A stretch of DNA of 64,000 nucleotides from Chiloscyllium plagiosum (taxonomy: Eukaryota): the NCBI RefSeq assembly GCF_004010195.1, contig NC_057720.1:31929339-31993338 (forward strand), in the 5' to 3' direction. Shown here piece by piece: positions 21,926 to 36,229 of this stretch. Below the pieces are notes generated by a model that saw only the letters and a program-made list of their open reading frames with translations, did no database searches and was not told the origin of the DNA. The position numbers and the translations under genes are program-made. Each line of letters begins with the position of its first letter. Position 1 is the first letter of the stretch.

Positions 21926-24900
21926 TCTAAATAAGGAGCTAAGTTAGCTTGTTTGAGTCTGAACACATCCGTGGCTTGGAATTCTCCACAATCCAATACT
22001 AGTTGGCACTTAATTCAATAGGTTGACTCAGACAGGAGAAAAAACTTCTCAGCCAGAAGTACTTTGTTCAAGTGCACTCCATGGGTTGATGGCCAAGGAA
22101 AATGTGTTGTAATATAGCCAAGAAAGATTGATTATCAACGTGGAAGTCACTTCTGGCAGGCAGTAAGAACTGGAGAGTCCCCCAGTCAGCCAAACTTTAT
22201 GTAGAAAGTGCCCCTCAAACTATAGTCTTTGCACCCTATTCCAGGATAAACTAGCCATGGAAGTGGACATCAACATATGCTGATGTGAAAGCCTCTAAGT
22301 CTAAGCTGGGTGCAGTGTGAAGGCACTGTTAACTGGAATGTGATGCTGCTATTGCCACATAAAACACATGAACTCTGTGCCTTCACAGGTGTCCAGCAAG
22401 CAGCTTTATGTGGCTTCAGAGAGTTTCCCACCAGAAACCTTTATCATGTTAGTCGAAGAGACTGTTATTGTACAACAAAAGTAGAATTGAAATTGTCATT
22501 TGTAAGCCATGGGCTAGCACTTTATCATTTGTCTCCCAGAATTATTTTGCTTTTTTTAAATTATGTCGATGTTTCTAATCACTATTGATTATGATGACAA
22601 AAAGTGGACAATTCCTTTCTTTTTCAATTGAATGTCCATGGCTTGAATAATCGAGGTGAAGTTTTAATTGAGATTCTAAAAATTTAGGATATAATTCAAG
22701 ATCTATTTCCATGCTGTACATCTCTATGACTCTATAACAATGAAGGAGTACAGAGGAATGGCAGAAATAACAAGGCCCAGGCCATAGGAGTGCTGTCTTT
22801 TATTCAAAGGCATGTGATTTTGTTAAAGTCATGGCAAAGGCAAACTATGCAGTACCATGAGGTTTTAATTCTGATCACATTATAAATTGTTCTAGTGTAA
22901 CTTATAGGTCTGTAAGCAGAGGGTGTAAAATCTGAGGCCAAATCAAAGTTTTGAAACTGAGATTTCCCTGAAAGCTGGTTAGACAGTATTTTGTCCCTTT
23001 CTTTCATACAATGTTTGTATTCATCGCTGTTACTTCATGATGTTTTATTTTGGGCCTCACTCTATTTATATTTGAATCAAAGACAAGCAAACAGACTCTG
23101 GAGATATATTGACCAGAGAATGACCAGCACTTTGTAAGTGTGGGAATGTAAGAGATCTTTTTCTTATTTATGTTTGTTGCTTTGTGCAGCATTTCGGCAG
23201 TACCTCATATAAATAGTTATAGATCCAGGAACCAAGCAACAGAAAGCAGGGTGAAAGAATCTGCCTTTTCTTACTCATTCCATAGAAGTTGAATCTTGTG
23301 ATGGTCTTAAAGAAAGAATAATACAAGTCTGGCACTTTGACCAGGTCTGCATTAGAAAGAGAATATCTCAAGCGGAGGAAGAAATGGGAAACAAAGACAA
23401 AACAAAGCAAAGAGCATCCATCGACCTTTGAACAGATGGGTTGCTACGTAAAGCTTTAAAGAACAACAGCTGGCACTGTGACTCAAGGTTGTATAGCGTG
23501 GAACAGATAATGGCATAAGCCATATGTCTGAAACATTTTTTTAAATTGAAAGTGTTGGAAAAACTGAGCAGTTCATGCAGCTTTCATGGGTTGTGGCAAT
23601 AGGCTTGCTTTTTTGGGAGGTGTGCCTTGTTATTATGACTTTGTTCTGCTTCTTTCAGCTCAGAATTGACTTATGCTGTAACTTGATCTGAGTGCAAGCT
23701 GATAGCAACATGGCAAAGGCAACAAAGCATCTGGAACCTCAATGGTGGGACTAACAGAGTTTCACCTTAGACATTGAGATTCCAGATTTCAGAAAGAAAA
23801 ATCAACATCAGAGAAGGAGGGTGAATTACAATAGGCGATGTAGAGTCCAATTGCATGGAAAAAACAAATTAATGAGAAAGAAAGTTTGAATTAAGCGATA
23901 GAGGGAAAAGTGGCAAAGGACAAGAAAGAAAGAAAAAGAAAAATTAACCTCAAAGAACAATTTAGCTGCTGAAGAAATGAAAGTTCACAACTGAGGTTAT
24001 GTAATTTCTGGACTGGAAAGATTGATTGGTATTTACCAATCATCATCACATGAAAATGGTTCTTAGTTAACAAACATAATATTTTTGTTGCACAAGCATG
24101 GCTTATACAATGGCCAAGGCTCTGCACATATACACACAGGTCTGGTGATGTTGGTTGGTATGACAAGCTTCAGGGATGCTTCAATGCATACATTGCTAAC
24201 TGCACCACGTTGCAGATGCAGCGATGTCAACATCAGTGCATGTTCACCCTGTCTTGGCATCAGTCAAAATGAGATAGGGAGCGATGACAGCTATTACATA
24301 ACTAAAGATGGATTGGTATTTAATTAACAAGAATTGTCATAATAATTATCAGTGCACATTAGGAAATCCACTGGAAACTCCAAGTGTAAAGTTAGTTTTA
24401 ACTACTTAGGTAACGGTATCAGATGGTAGATAGTCAGGTGGTTTGGCTAGTTGGTGAATGTGTTGTGGTCCTAAGGGATGACATCCTCTCATCATTTATC
24501 CTGTCAGACCCCCTCAGAATCTTTCAACCTGACCAAACCCCCAGAGAATCTTAGTTACAGAGTTTTCCAGAGACATAACTGAACATTGCTCTATGTAGGT
24601 GTATCTATCAGTGTCTGTGGCTGGATGCCGGTGCCGTTAGGCACTCCCAAGAAACTGGCTGCTGGTTCCTGTCACTTCCACATGATGGTGACTTCCTCTT
24701 TACATATGCACTGCAGAGAGGTACATTTGAGCCATTTGCAGCCCAATGTTTTATAGGTTTAATAGACAACTATTATGCAAATTTAACAAGCTCTTAACAA
24801 TAAGAGTAAACCATGTGTTATTTTTGCAGCACAATCAGCACAGTGATGCAAGTAGACCAGCAATTGTGAGAGACTTGTGAATTGTGGTAAACTAAGTTTC

Positions 24901-25079
24901 TTAGTCCCTTGGTTTTGATGGCCAGTTTTCATTTGTAGTCAATACTTATTTTTAAAAGTGCATTGTTAATGCCGTATTATTTTTATCTGAAGGTCTGGGC
25001 CAAAACTATTAAAACAGGATGATATTCTAGACAAAGTGTGAGATATATTTTGGGAGGATGAACAAGGCATGGGAGAACA

Positions 25080-26370
25080 CGCTGAATGGTAGCACCCTAA
25101 AAAGTACAGATGACCAGAGAGACCTTGGTGTGCATGTTCAGTTCCTTGCAGGTAACAAGGGAGGTGGATAAGGTGGTTAAGAAGGCATACAGGATATTTG
25201 TCTTTCTGACTCAAGGCATTAAATACAAGAGCTGGAGGTTATGCTGGAGCTGTATGAGATCATAGTTATGTGTAGAGTTGTGATGTGGAGCTGCCAGTGT
25301 TGGACTGTGGTGGACAAAGTCAGAAATCACACAACACAAGGTTCTAGTCCAACAGGTTTATTTGAAATCACAAACTTTCAGAGCAGAGTCCCTTCATCAG
25401 ATGTTCGCCTGACAAAAAGGTTATTCTCCAAAAGCTTGTGATTTCAAATAAATCTGTTGGACTCTAACGTGGTGTTGTCGTGTGATTTCTGACTGTGTTC
25501 TGAGTTGCCTCATCCCAAAAACTGGGAAAATCTCACCCTTTTCATGACTGCCTCCTACTTTGACCTTATTAAATTGATTATTGCCTAAACAATAAGGACT
25601 TAGAACTAAAGTAGTTCACTGGCTCCGAAATGAGTTTGGATGGCCTCAGGACTTGAAAAGTGAATCTGTATGCAAGGGCTATCTTTTTTTTAATCTTTTC
25701 ACCCAGTAGTTTTAAAATGATTTATTCCTTCATGAATAGGATGACTCTCACATCAACAGTAGTATTTTAAATTATTGTCAAGCTTTTCTTTCAATGAAAA
25801 ATCTTTACAATAAAAATAACCTGAGCTCCAGTAGTGACATAAATGTACAATATTGATCTTATTTGTACTGGCGTGCTACGTGCAGTTCTGGTCGCCACAT
25901 TATAGGAAAAATGTGATTGCACTAATGAGAGTGCAAAGGTGATTTAGCAGGATATAACTTGAATTGGAGCAATTCAGCTACAGAGAGAGACTGGATAGAC
26001 TGAAATTATTTTCCTTAGAGCAGAGAAGGCTGATGTAGGACCTAATTGAGGTGTACAATATTATGGGGGGCATAGATACAAATAAACTTTCAATAACAAC
26101 AGGGCATAGATTTAAGGTGAGGGATAGGAGGTTTAGAGAGGATTGAATGATGAAGATGTTCAATAGAGGGTGGTGGAACTCACTGCCTGAAAGGGTGGTG
26201 GAGGCAGGAACCATCACATTGTTTAAGAAATATGTGAATCGTCACTTGAAGTACCATAGCATACAAGGCTACAGGTTGAAAGATGGGACTAGAGTAGATA
26301 AGACCTTAATGATCGTTGTGGACATGATGAGCCAAAGAGTCCCTTTCCTTGTTGTAAAAATCAATGGCTT
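25080..26370 (+). mobile_element. Fragments of an old CR1 3' region (25080-25270, 25870-26370)
   Basis: gagaccttggtgtgcatgttca, MLELYE, cagttctggtcgccacattatagg, WWNSLPERVVEAG. Confidence 0.7.
25281..25493. mobile_element. Fold-back element, family B, degenerate cores
   Basis: Arms aaatcacacaacac..ccaacaggtttatttgaaatcacaa and its inverse; cttcatcag core on the minus strand. Confidence 0.75.
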
Positions 26371-28371
26371 TAATATAAGCATTATAACAGAAAATGAACA
26401 ACGGGAATATTGGATTGGAAACACTATGAAATTCAACATGAGTAAAGTTGTTGGATAAACAATGCTTTGATTCCTATTTGGTTACATTTTGCCAGTTCCC
26501 GATTTAGTCAGATGAGGGGGATTTTGCAAGTGAACTAACACACCACACATTTTTCTCTTTTTTTGGATTTGTTCAACTGTTTTTTTTAATGAACTGCGAA
26601 TATGCACATTTATGGGCTTAATTTTCTCATAACCCTGAGCAACCATCAATGGCTTCCCATCTTTCAGCACGTTGACATCAAAGTCCACTTGAAAATATTA
26701 AAATAATGTTCAGAAGTCTTATACACAAGTGTTCTGTCAGAAGAAATTAGTGCTTTACTGGGATTAATTTTTCATTTCCAGATGTGGAAGTTCAATCATT
26801 AGCAGTTTTCTGTTTTCTTCAGTTTTAATGTTTTGTCTTACCACAGCTTGTTCACATTCCAGGGTTATGAAGAAATAAGCATGATATTATATGTTTGCAT
26901 CACTATTGGAACACAGGTTTTGTGCATCTTTATTGTGAGGATTTTTCATTGAAAGCAAAGTTTTAAATACTGTTGCTGTGAGAATCATCCTATTCATGGA
27001 GGAAAAGTAATTTCAACTCAATTGGGTGTAAAGATGAAAAAAAAAGGATAGAACTTACATTTAGATGTCACTTTTCATGTCCTGAGACAATCCAAATTCA
27101 TTTCAGAGCCAGTGAACTACTTTAATTTGAAGTCTTTATTGTTTAGGCAATAACAAATTGGATAAGATTGAAGTAGAAGCCAGTCATGAAAGGGGTCAGA
27201 ATTTCCTTGGCTTTTGGGATGAGGTAACTCAGAATATAGCAAAAACATTGGAAAATTACACGCTGAGGCATGTCTGGAACCTTGCAGCTTCCAATGATGC
27301 TTTCTCAAATTGTGGTACTCTCTAAATTGTTAATCATCTCAAACCTTGTTACATTGTCAACTGACAGGATCTTAAGTCATTTAACACTGTCAGTATCAAT
27401 GCACTTTAGAAATAGTCAAATAGCTCTCATACCATTCATGTGACATAAGGAGTAGTTGATTGGGAACTGGCTGAGTGAGCGGGAGGCCAGCCTAGAAGCA
27501 GGGGGATAGACCTGCCAAATTTTAATAACTAGGCATTCTTTATGTCTCACTGACACTCAGTTATGTTGCTCTGGGGTGGAAGGGAGACCCAGATGTTGAG
27601 AGGATGTGATAAGTGACATCTCAGAGCAAGGTAGTATATGAGGAGCACTGCTGTTTTTCCATCTCCCCATAGGGATGTTTAATTATTACCATGCCCAGGA
27701 CTCTTACTCCTGTAGCCAGATTTCATAACATGACACCTTTGATGAGGTCCCAGACACTCAAGGGTTAAAATGCCATTAGTGTTCATAATTGAACCATGTT
27801 TTGTCTAAACATGTGTTTAAACTTCAACTCAAGTTACCTTTTTGGAAAACTTCAACCTAGCCTTTGCTCATAGTTTTTCTGTTCACAATTCTTTTCCATC
27901 TGTTTATGTTACAGATGGTTTCAGAAGCAACACTTCATTATAATTTATGCTGCTTGAGAGATTTAGACTCCTGCAAAATATTTAAATTGTAAAAAGGATT
28001 GTACAGTAAGAGGTTTCAGTTGTAATGTAAACTCTCACTGTGAACTTTATATTCAGATTATTAAATAAATTATATTTTACTTGATTGGTCTGGTTTGCAT
28101 CTTTTTTTTATTTTAGATGGAGTTGAGTGTTTATTTTCACTGCACACTTACATATGCCATGGATTCATTATAATCCATTATTAGGTTTGCAAAGAGAAAT
28201 GGAATAGTCCTGAGGAACACAAATAGGTAGACCAACAAGGAAAAAAGAAAGGCTTGTATTTATATATCATCTTTCATGACTTCAGTTTGGTTCACAGCCA
28301 ATGAAGTATATTTTAATATATAGCTATGATGTGGGGGGATGTGATAGTCAATTTGTGCAGAGAATGCTCCC

Positions 28372-30895
28372 ATAGAAAAGTACAGAACAGGCCCTTTGGC
28401 CCACAATGTTGTTCCCAGGATTAATTCTTATCTAAAATAAAATAACCTAACCGACGTACCCCTCAATTCACTGCTGTCCATATGCATGTCCAGCAGTCGC
28501 TTATATGTCCCTAATGACTCTGCTTCCACCATCACCGCTGGCAACGCATTCCATGTGTTCACAACTCTCGGTGTAAAGAGCCTACCTCAAATGTCTCCTC
28601 TATACCTTTCTCCTAACACCTTAAAACTATGATCCCTCATGGCAGTCAATCCTGTCCTGGGGAAAAGTCTCTGGCTATCGACTCTATCCATGCCTCTCCT
28701 TACTTTGCACACCCTCGATTAGGTCACCTTTCTTCCTCCTCCTCTCCAGAGAGAAAAGTCTGAGCTTAGTCAACCTCTCTTCGTAAGACAAGCACTCCAG
28801 TCCAGACAGAATCCTGGTTAACCTTCTTTGCACCCTCTCCAAAGCCTCCGCATCTTTCTATAATAGGACAACCAGAACTGGACACAATATTCCAAGTGTG
28901 ATCTCACCAGGGTCTTGTAGAGTTGCAAGAAAACCTCGCGGCTCTTCAACTCGATCCCCCTGTTAATGAAAGCCAAAACACCACATGCTTTCTTAACAAC
29001 TCTATCCACTTGGGTGGCAACTTTGAGGGATCTATGCACACCCAGATCCCTCTGTTCCTCCACACTGCCAAGAATCCTGTCTTTAATCCTATATTCAGCA
29101 TTCAAGTTTGACCTTCCAAAATGCATCACTTCACATTTATCCAGGTTGAACTCCATCTGCCATTTCTTAGCCCAGCTCTACATCCTGTTTATGTCGCGCT
29201 GCAGCCTGCAGTGGCCCTCAATACTGTCAACAGCACCTCCAACCTTTGTGTCATTGGCAAATTTACTAACTCACCCCTCAACCTCCTCATCCCAGTCATT
29301 TATAAAAACTACAAAGAGCAGAGGCCCAAGAACAGTACCCTGCGGGACATCACTCACCACTGACCTCCAGCAGAATACTTTCTATTTACAACCACTCTCT
29401 GCCTTCTGTCAGCCAACGAATTCTGAATCCAAATAGCCAAATCTCCCCGTGTCCCATACCTCCTGACTTTTTGAATTAGCCCTACCATGGGGAACCTTAT
29501 CAAATGCTTTTCTGAAGTCCATATACACCATATCCACTGCCTGACCTTCGTCCACCTGTCTAGTCACCTCCTCAAAGAACTCAATAAGATTTGTGAGGCA
29601 TGATCTGCCCCTCACAAAGCTGTACTGACTGCTTTTAATCATGCTATGCTTTTTCCAAATAGTCATTAATCCTATCTCTCAGAATTCTTTCCAAAACCTT
29701 TCAGACCACAAACATAAGACTGACTGGTCTGTAATTGCCAGGGATTTCCCTATTACCCTTCTTGAAAAGAGGAACAACATTTGCCTCCCTCCAATCCTCC
29801 AGTATGACTCCAGTGGAGAGTGAGCAAGCACATATATTCACCAGTGGCTTAGCAACCTCTTTTCTAATTTCCTGGAGCAACCTAAGATAAATCTGGTCTG
29901 GCCCTGCAGACTCATCAATCTTAATGTTCATCAAAATTTGCAGCACATCAACTTCCTCAATCTCGATTTGTTCAAGCCTGTTTCCTGGTTCATCAAAGTT
30001 CTGAATCACAACAAGGTCCCTTTTCTTAGTGAAAACCAAGCCAAAAATCTCATTTAGGGCTTCCCCTATCTGCTTAAACTCCACGCATCCCTGACCGGCC
30101 CTACCTTCTCCCTGATCATTCTCTTATTCCTCACGTGCAAGTAAAATGCCTTTGGGTTCTCCCTAATCCTTCCCGCCAAGTCTTTTTGTGACCCTTCCTG
30201 GCTCTCCTCAGTCCATTTTGAGCTCCTTTCTAGTAAGCCTGTAATCCTCTAAAGCTGTGCTAGATCCTTGCTTCCTCCACCTTACATAAGTTGCCTTCCT
30301 CCTTTTGATGAGAAGCTCCTCTGTTCTTGTCATCCAAGATTCCTTAATCTTACCCCTTGCCTGTATCAGAGGAATAAATTTATGCATCACTTGCAACAAC
30401 TGCACCTTAAACAGTCTCCATATGTCTGTTGTGTCATTTCTGTGGAACATCATAATTTCCTTTCCCCCAATTAAATATCTTGCCACAGTAACTGCACCTT
30501 TCCCTCTCCAAAGCTATGGTAAATGTGAGACAGTTGTGATCACTGTCACCAAAGTATTCTCCCACTGCGAGATTTTTCACCTGTCCTGGCTCATTGTCGA
30601 GTACCAAATCCAAAATGGCCTCTCCCCTCATCGGCCTGTCTACACACTGAGTAAGGAAACCCTCCTGAACACACCAAAAATGACTCCATCCAAACCATCT
30701 GCACTAAGGAGGTTCCAGTCAATATTGGGAAAGTTGAAGTCACCCATAACAACAACCCTGCTACATCTGCATTTTTCCAGAATCTGCCAGCCTATGAGTT
30801 CTTCAATCTCCCTACTGCTTTTAGGGGATCTGTTGAAAACTCCCAGTGAGGTGGTTGCTCCCTTGCTGTTCATAACTTCCACCCGTACGGACTCA
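28372..30895 (-). mobile_element. CR1 LINE ORF2 (endonuclease and RT) with 3' tail, decayed
   Basis: [52 protein letters not shown]. Confidence 0.9.
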
Positions 30896-30964
30896 TTTTT
30901 CTTTTTTGCATAAAGATGATCATTTTTCATAATGATCATGTAATCTGATTGTAGGATAAATAGT

Positions 30965-31120
30965 GTCCAGACAGCAGAAAGAATCCATCTCCTCTTCAAA
31001 ATCGTGTCAAGAGATATTTTGTGCCCACCTGAGGGAATGTACAGGGGCCTGACTTTACTATCACAGTCGACAGTGCCATACTCCCTCAGTACGCTGAACT
31101 GGGGTGGCAGCCTGGAACTT
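30965..31120 (-). mobile_element. Probable DeuSINE (SacSINE1-like) fragment
   Basis: cccacctgaggg..gacagtgccatactccctcagtac..gcagcctgga resembles the Deu domain in reverse orientation (recalled, not aligned). Confidence 0.5.
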
Positions 31121-31829
31121 CCTGTGAAAGTGGTTCAATAAATAACAAATGAAAGAGAATATGGGGTGGTGGATGGAATGACATTAATAAAATAACAATT
31201 CTAACATGTGGTATGAAGGCAGCAGAAGACTTACGATTTGCTAGGTAAAAGAAAGAATTGCATTTTTATAATGCCAGTCTCCTCATTTCATCCCAGAAGT
31301 CAATGCATCTGTTTTAGTTTGAAGTGTAATCAATATTGTTATGGAACTTTTTTCCTTACACCAGAGTCCCACAAACGGCAAAACTGCTAAATGCCCAGTA
31401 TTTTCTGCTGGCCTTGCTTGAATTATACCCTTTGGTCAGACACGGTTATGGAGGTGTACTGTCCTGCAGACCAGTATCTGTATTGTGGTTCGACAGAATG
31501 TGAACCAGGAGATCCAGTCCTTTTTGAGGACCAGGCCTCATTTACAGCAATTATGGCATCTCTGTAGTAGGCATCCAAGCGCCCTTGGGAAGCTCACTGG
31601 TTTTCTGCCTGCATAATGTCAGTATCTCACATCTGGGTTTTTGGAAGAGGCTAATCTCCATGTGGAGTGGCTGACTATCACTGTCATTGACTGGGTTTCT
31701 AGAGGCCAGAGGAACATTCTTGTTTTTAAAAGCATGAAAGATACTCGCCAACAGGGAGCTCATTGGCTGTGTCACCACTTCTAATTGTCCATCTAGTTTA
31801 TATGGCCAACCGCTGCAATTTTTCTCAAA

Positions 31830-32640
31830 CGAAAAAGAAATTGCTGGCGAAACTCAGCAGGTCTGGCAGCATCTCTGTGGAGAAAGCAGAGTTAACGTTT
31901 TGAGGCCAGTGACTCCGGATCAGAACTGATAGCAGGAGACAGTGAGGTCTGCAGATGCTGGAGATCAGAGTTGAGAGTGTGTTGATGGACAAGCACAGCA
32001 GGTCAGGCATTTCCCGATGAAGGGCTCTGGCCCGAAACTTCGATTTTCCTGCTCCTCAGATACTGCCTGACCTGCTGTGCTTTTCCAGCAACACGCTCTC
32101 AGAACTGGTAACAGCTGCGAACACATAGTATTAAAGTTGAAAACAAGTTTGGGGGTGGGGGGGGGAAATGTGTGATGCAGGAGAAGAGGTGATCAGATAG
32201 TTGGAGACAGAGCTCAGAGAGAGAGAGATGAAAGGAATAGGCAAACAAGGGGATTACTGATAGTAAAGGCTGACAGAAGAGAAGCTTACTAAGTGACAAT
32301 AAGATCGGAGGGTAGGAGGGAATGAGTAGACTGTGTTGAAAGTAACCCATGTGATGTGATGATAAGACTAAGAGTGGGTGAGAATGGATGACTGTGCTAA
32401 AAGCAACCCATATCATGATAGGACCAGGGTGTGAGGGCGGGTAAAAAAAAATGGAAGATTGGGAACAGACTCTCAAGCTATTGAACTCGATGTTGAGTCC
32501 CAGAGGCTGTATGGTTCCTAAGTGGAAAATAAGATGTTTTTTGAGACAGAAATGCTGGTGTGAGAACATGTTGGAGTGGCAGGCAACTGGAAGTTTGGGG
32601 TCATTTTCACGGACAGAACATAGGTGTTCTGCGAAGTGAT
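31830..32640 (-). mobile_element. PLE 3' end (family C terminus plus GIY-YIG C-terminus), interrupted by a family A fold-back element at ~31934-32098
   Basis: HLIFHLGTIQPLGLNIEFNS upstream of the family C terminus; insertion flanked by tcagaactgatagcag / tcagaactggtaacag. Confidence 0.75.
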
Positions 32641-33683
32641 CATCCAGCCTGCAATTGCTGCAATTTATCTTTCATTCTCCGGAAAATGCCTGCTTATCCC
32701 ATGAAAAAAAAATATTTAATACCCATCCTTCCCAGGGTGTCTGAAAGTGGTGGTGACCTCGCATTCTTCTTTACACAGCAAGCAGCGGCCAACTCTCTCG
32801 GACGTACTGCTGGATCAAGCTGCCAACTCTCTGGGCTAGCAGTGTGATGTAAAATTATAGCTCAGGAAGAGCAAAGAAAGAAACTAAACTTTCTGTGGTA
32901 ACATTGGTAAAGGATGTTAATTTTAGGCCCTGGAACAGGATATTGATAAGAATGAGGCGCCTACAGTCATGCGTACCAATCTAACAATCTAAAGTTAGAA
33001 AATGTCTGGTAAAGATTAAATTCAACAATGTATGCTTCTATTTAAAATTGGATAAATGCAGAACATAAATGTATTTAGGATTAGGTTGAGGTTATCTATG
33101 TTGGCATGAGAGAATTGCTTTATACAATCAACAGGAAGGAAATCTGTGAATATGCAGGAGTAGTGGAAATGATCGCTACACCTATTCTCACTGAAACACC
33201 TTCAGATGACAGAAATCAGCAAAGTTTATGGATAGAAGCAATACTAACAACAATAATGAGCAGTATAATCTCCTCGAGCTCAATGAGAAATCTTTAACTA
33301 AAGTCGCTCTGGCAGCCCAGCCATTTACTGAACAAATGGTTGTAACAGATTTAAATTTGATGTCAGATGATGAAATGATGCAAGTTCAAGAAGACAATTT
33401 CAATTCTTTGTCTTCAAAAGCAAAGTTGTCAGTACCTGTTATGATAATGTTAAGTAAACAGCAATCCATTAGGACCAATACTAAGAGTGGGAAAATGTCT
33501 GGAGTACCAATACAGCCATCATGAAGAGTAAATAAAGATGTCCAACTTAAGTTGAAGTAGTAAGTTTATTTCCTTCAATGCAGATCTAATAGCAGATTGA
33601 GAATAAACATTTTCTTACACACAATGAAGATGAGCTGCATTAGAGTCCATGGAAGCCAACATCCACAAATTCAAATTTGCTGT

Positions 33684-34030
33684 AGGGGAAGTGATGAGGC
33701 CTAGTGGTATTATCACTGCACCGTTAATCGAGAGATCCAGGTAATGTTCTGACGACCTGAGTTCAAATCCCATCACAACAGATGGTGGAATTTGAATTCA
33801 ATAAAAATCTGGAAATTAAAGTTTAATGATGACTACTGTCGATTCTCATGAAACAAAAAATCTGGTTCATTAATATCCTTCAGGGAAGGAAATTGCCATT
33901 CTTACCTGGTCTGGTCTACCTATGGCTCCAGACTCACAGCAATGTGGTTGACTCTCAACTGCCCTCTGGGATGTACTATAAATGCTGGTCTAGCCAGCAA
34001 TGTCACCATCCAGTGAATGAAGAAAAGAAA
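33684..34030 (+). mobile_element. tRNA-derived SINE, second family
   Basis: ggcctagtggt A-box-like and gagttcaaatcc B box; related minus-strand pieces at ~35990-36220, ~46990-47150, and 50735-50892 plus 52222-52340. Confidence 0.7.
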
Positions 34031-35345
34031 AGGTGACCAAAAAAAGAAATTATCTGGCTCAGAAATCCAAGATACTACAAAAAAGAAAGTACTTGATTCC
34101 ACCAAGAGCTATCCTCCTTGAGTTGCCTGAGTTAGCAGGAAAGAGTTGCCCTTTGAAATAAATTCAAGACACTAAGTGTTGTCCTGATAAGGTAATAGAC
34201 CACCCATCTGGCTTAGTGGAAATAACATCCTCTGTGAAGAATATCCAACGAAAATGGGCATCCAGTGGAGAGACCACGCAAAGTGAAGATCAGAATTGAG
34301 ATCAACAATCCTCAAGCCAAAGACCTTACGATCTTTCAGGTTTGAAGGCAACACATCTGGAAAAATTGTAAAAGCTTGAATTTGGAAACTCAGATGCTTG
34401 AGGGGGGGCTAGGGTACTGTTAACTGTATAAATGTTCACTATAGGGAGAAAAAAAGCTTGAGATAGGGGATGTTTGAGAAGATAATGGTTCTTAAAGGGT
34501 TAAGATTGGAAACTACATTAAGCTCCACCCAATCTGATGATGTCATACATGCTTGGATGGAAATAAGGCAAAGCATCTAAGGACTGTATTGAATGTAATC
34601 CACAGGTATCCTCATATTTTTAGTAACAATGTATGACAAACTAAAGCGTCTTGTGCCTAATTGCTATCATGCAATAATCAATGTATTGCTAAGTGAAGGG
34701 TCTCTTCTTGTTAGGACTCATTGATAGCTATTTCTCCAACACTGCAAATCAATGAGTCCGTAGATCTGTCAAGGAAAGAGAACTGGTGACAGGATCTTTT
34801 ATTCACAAATATCACAGTTGCCTGTAGCTGTAGTAAAAGAATGTATGATATCCATCGTTGTGCAGGGAATAAATTAGTTTTAATTCCACCACCCAATTAA
34901 TGTTGCCAGATTCAGGAGAGTGAATGTAAGGAATGGCAACAATGTTTCCACTTTAGTTGCAGGAGTAACCTTACTAATTAGTGAATGCATTCTGCGGGTT
35001 ATCCTATGTTCCTTATTTCGGCCTCTGTTCTCTGAATAGAAAAGCCATTGAGGTGAAATTGGCTTTGGCCAGCTGTGTAAAACATGCTAGTGGCAAACTG
35101 GCAACCATTTTCTTTACACTGTACCTACTCTTTGCACAGAAACTCATAGAATCATCATTCCAATTATTTTTAGATATATAGCTGTTATCGGTTTTACTTT
35201 AAAAGAAAAAAAAAGTGTTGGCATTATTTACAAATAAATGCTAATTTGTTATAGGCCCATTTTGTTACATTTATCTTCCCAAACAAAGAAAGACAATTCA
35301 TAGAAAGGTGCATCTGTATTTAATAGTGGTACTAGTGTTTGTAGG

Positions 35346-35570
35346 TGAGATACCTGCACCGAGGCTGGTACCCCGTCACCAATTCACCCTTTATTTACTT
35401 GTGCACAAAACACTGACTATGACCAGCCAGCTTGGAGTCAGTCCCTGAGCTGAGGAGATTGTGAATTCGCTGTTTATATTAGTCAGCCAGAGCTTCCTGG
35501 TTGGCCCAGGTTAAAAACCCAAATCAAGGATCTCATAGTCAGCAAGATCCATGTGGTTCCAATCACTACA
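35346..35570 (-). mobile_element. Solo LTR
   Basis: TG..CA ends, AATAAA on the minus strand, flanks gtagg/gtaga, homologous to 45733-45962. Confidence 0.7.
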
Positions 35571-36229
35571 GTAGAAATCTGTAATATGGACGCCCAGACT
35601 GCAAGCAGGCAGAGCCTGATCCCTGCATTTACTCTGCTGGAACAGTGGTCCGAATCTAATGGCTGATTTACAGACACATTTTGAGCTAATACTATGCTGA
35701 TTCTCTGCAGGTCCCATTCTTTATACTTTTTAAAGTGTTGTTGGTGCCAGTAACCCTTTGTATTGCCCACTAATTGCATTGCAAGTGTAAAAGGTATCTC
35801 TCTATTATATACAGCTTCTCCTTTCAGAAATCATTCTGTACGAATCCATTCCTCATTGGATTCCATTGGCTTATATGGTGGAACAGATTTTGGAGCTTTA
35901 TTGTTTTATGGCCTGTGGGTTTTCATGGGGAGGCCAGTATTTGTTTCCAATGTATAACTGTCATTGAATTGAACGGATTGCTTGGCTATTTCAGAGAACA
36001 GTAAAGGATTAACCACATTGTTGTTTTCCTGGAGTCGCATGTAGGCCAGACTATGCAAGGATGACAGATTTCTTTCCTAAAGGACATAAATGAAGCAGGT
36101 AGGATTTTGCAATAATCAGTAATAGTTGTCATGGTCACTATTTCTGAGACAACCATTTATTAATTGAGTTTAAATTCCACTAGCTACCACAGTGAGAATG
36201 AACCCATGACCCCAGAGAATTAATATATA

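Noticed and set aside
35829..35960. Segment open in all three + frames after an acceptor-like site
   Set aside because: T-rich composition can explain the lack of stops; no good donor or homology
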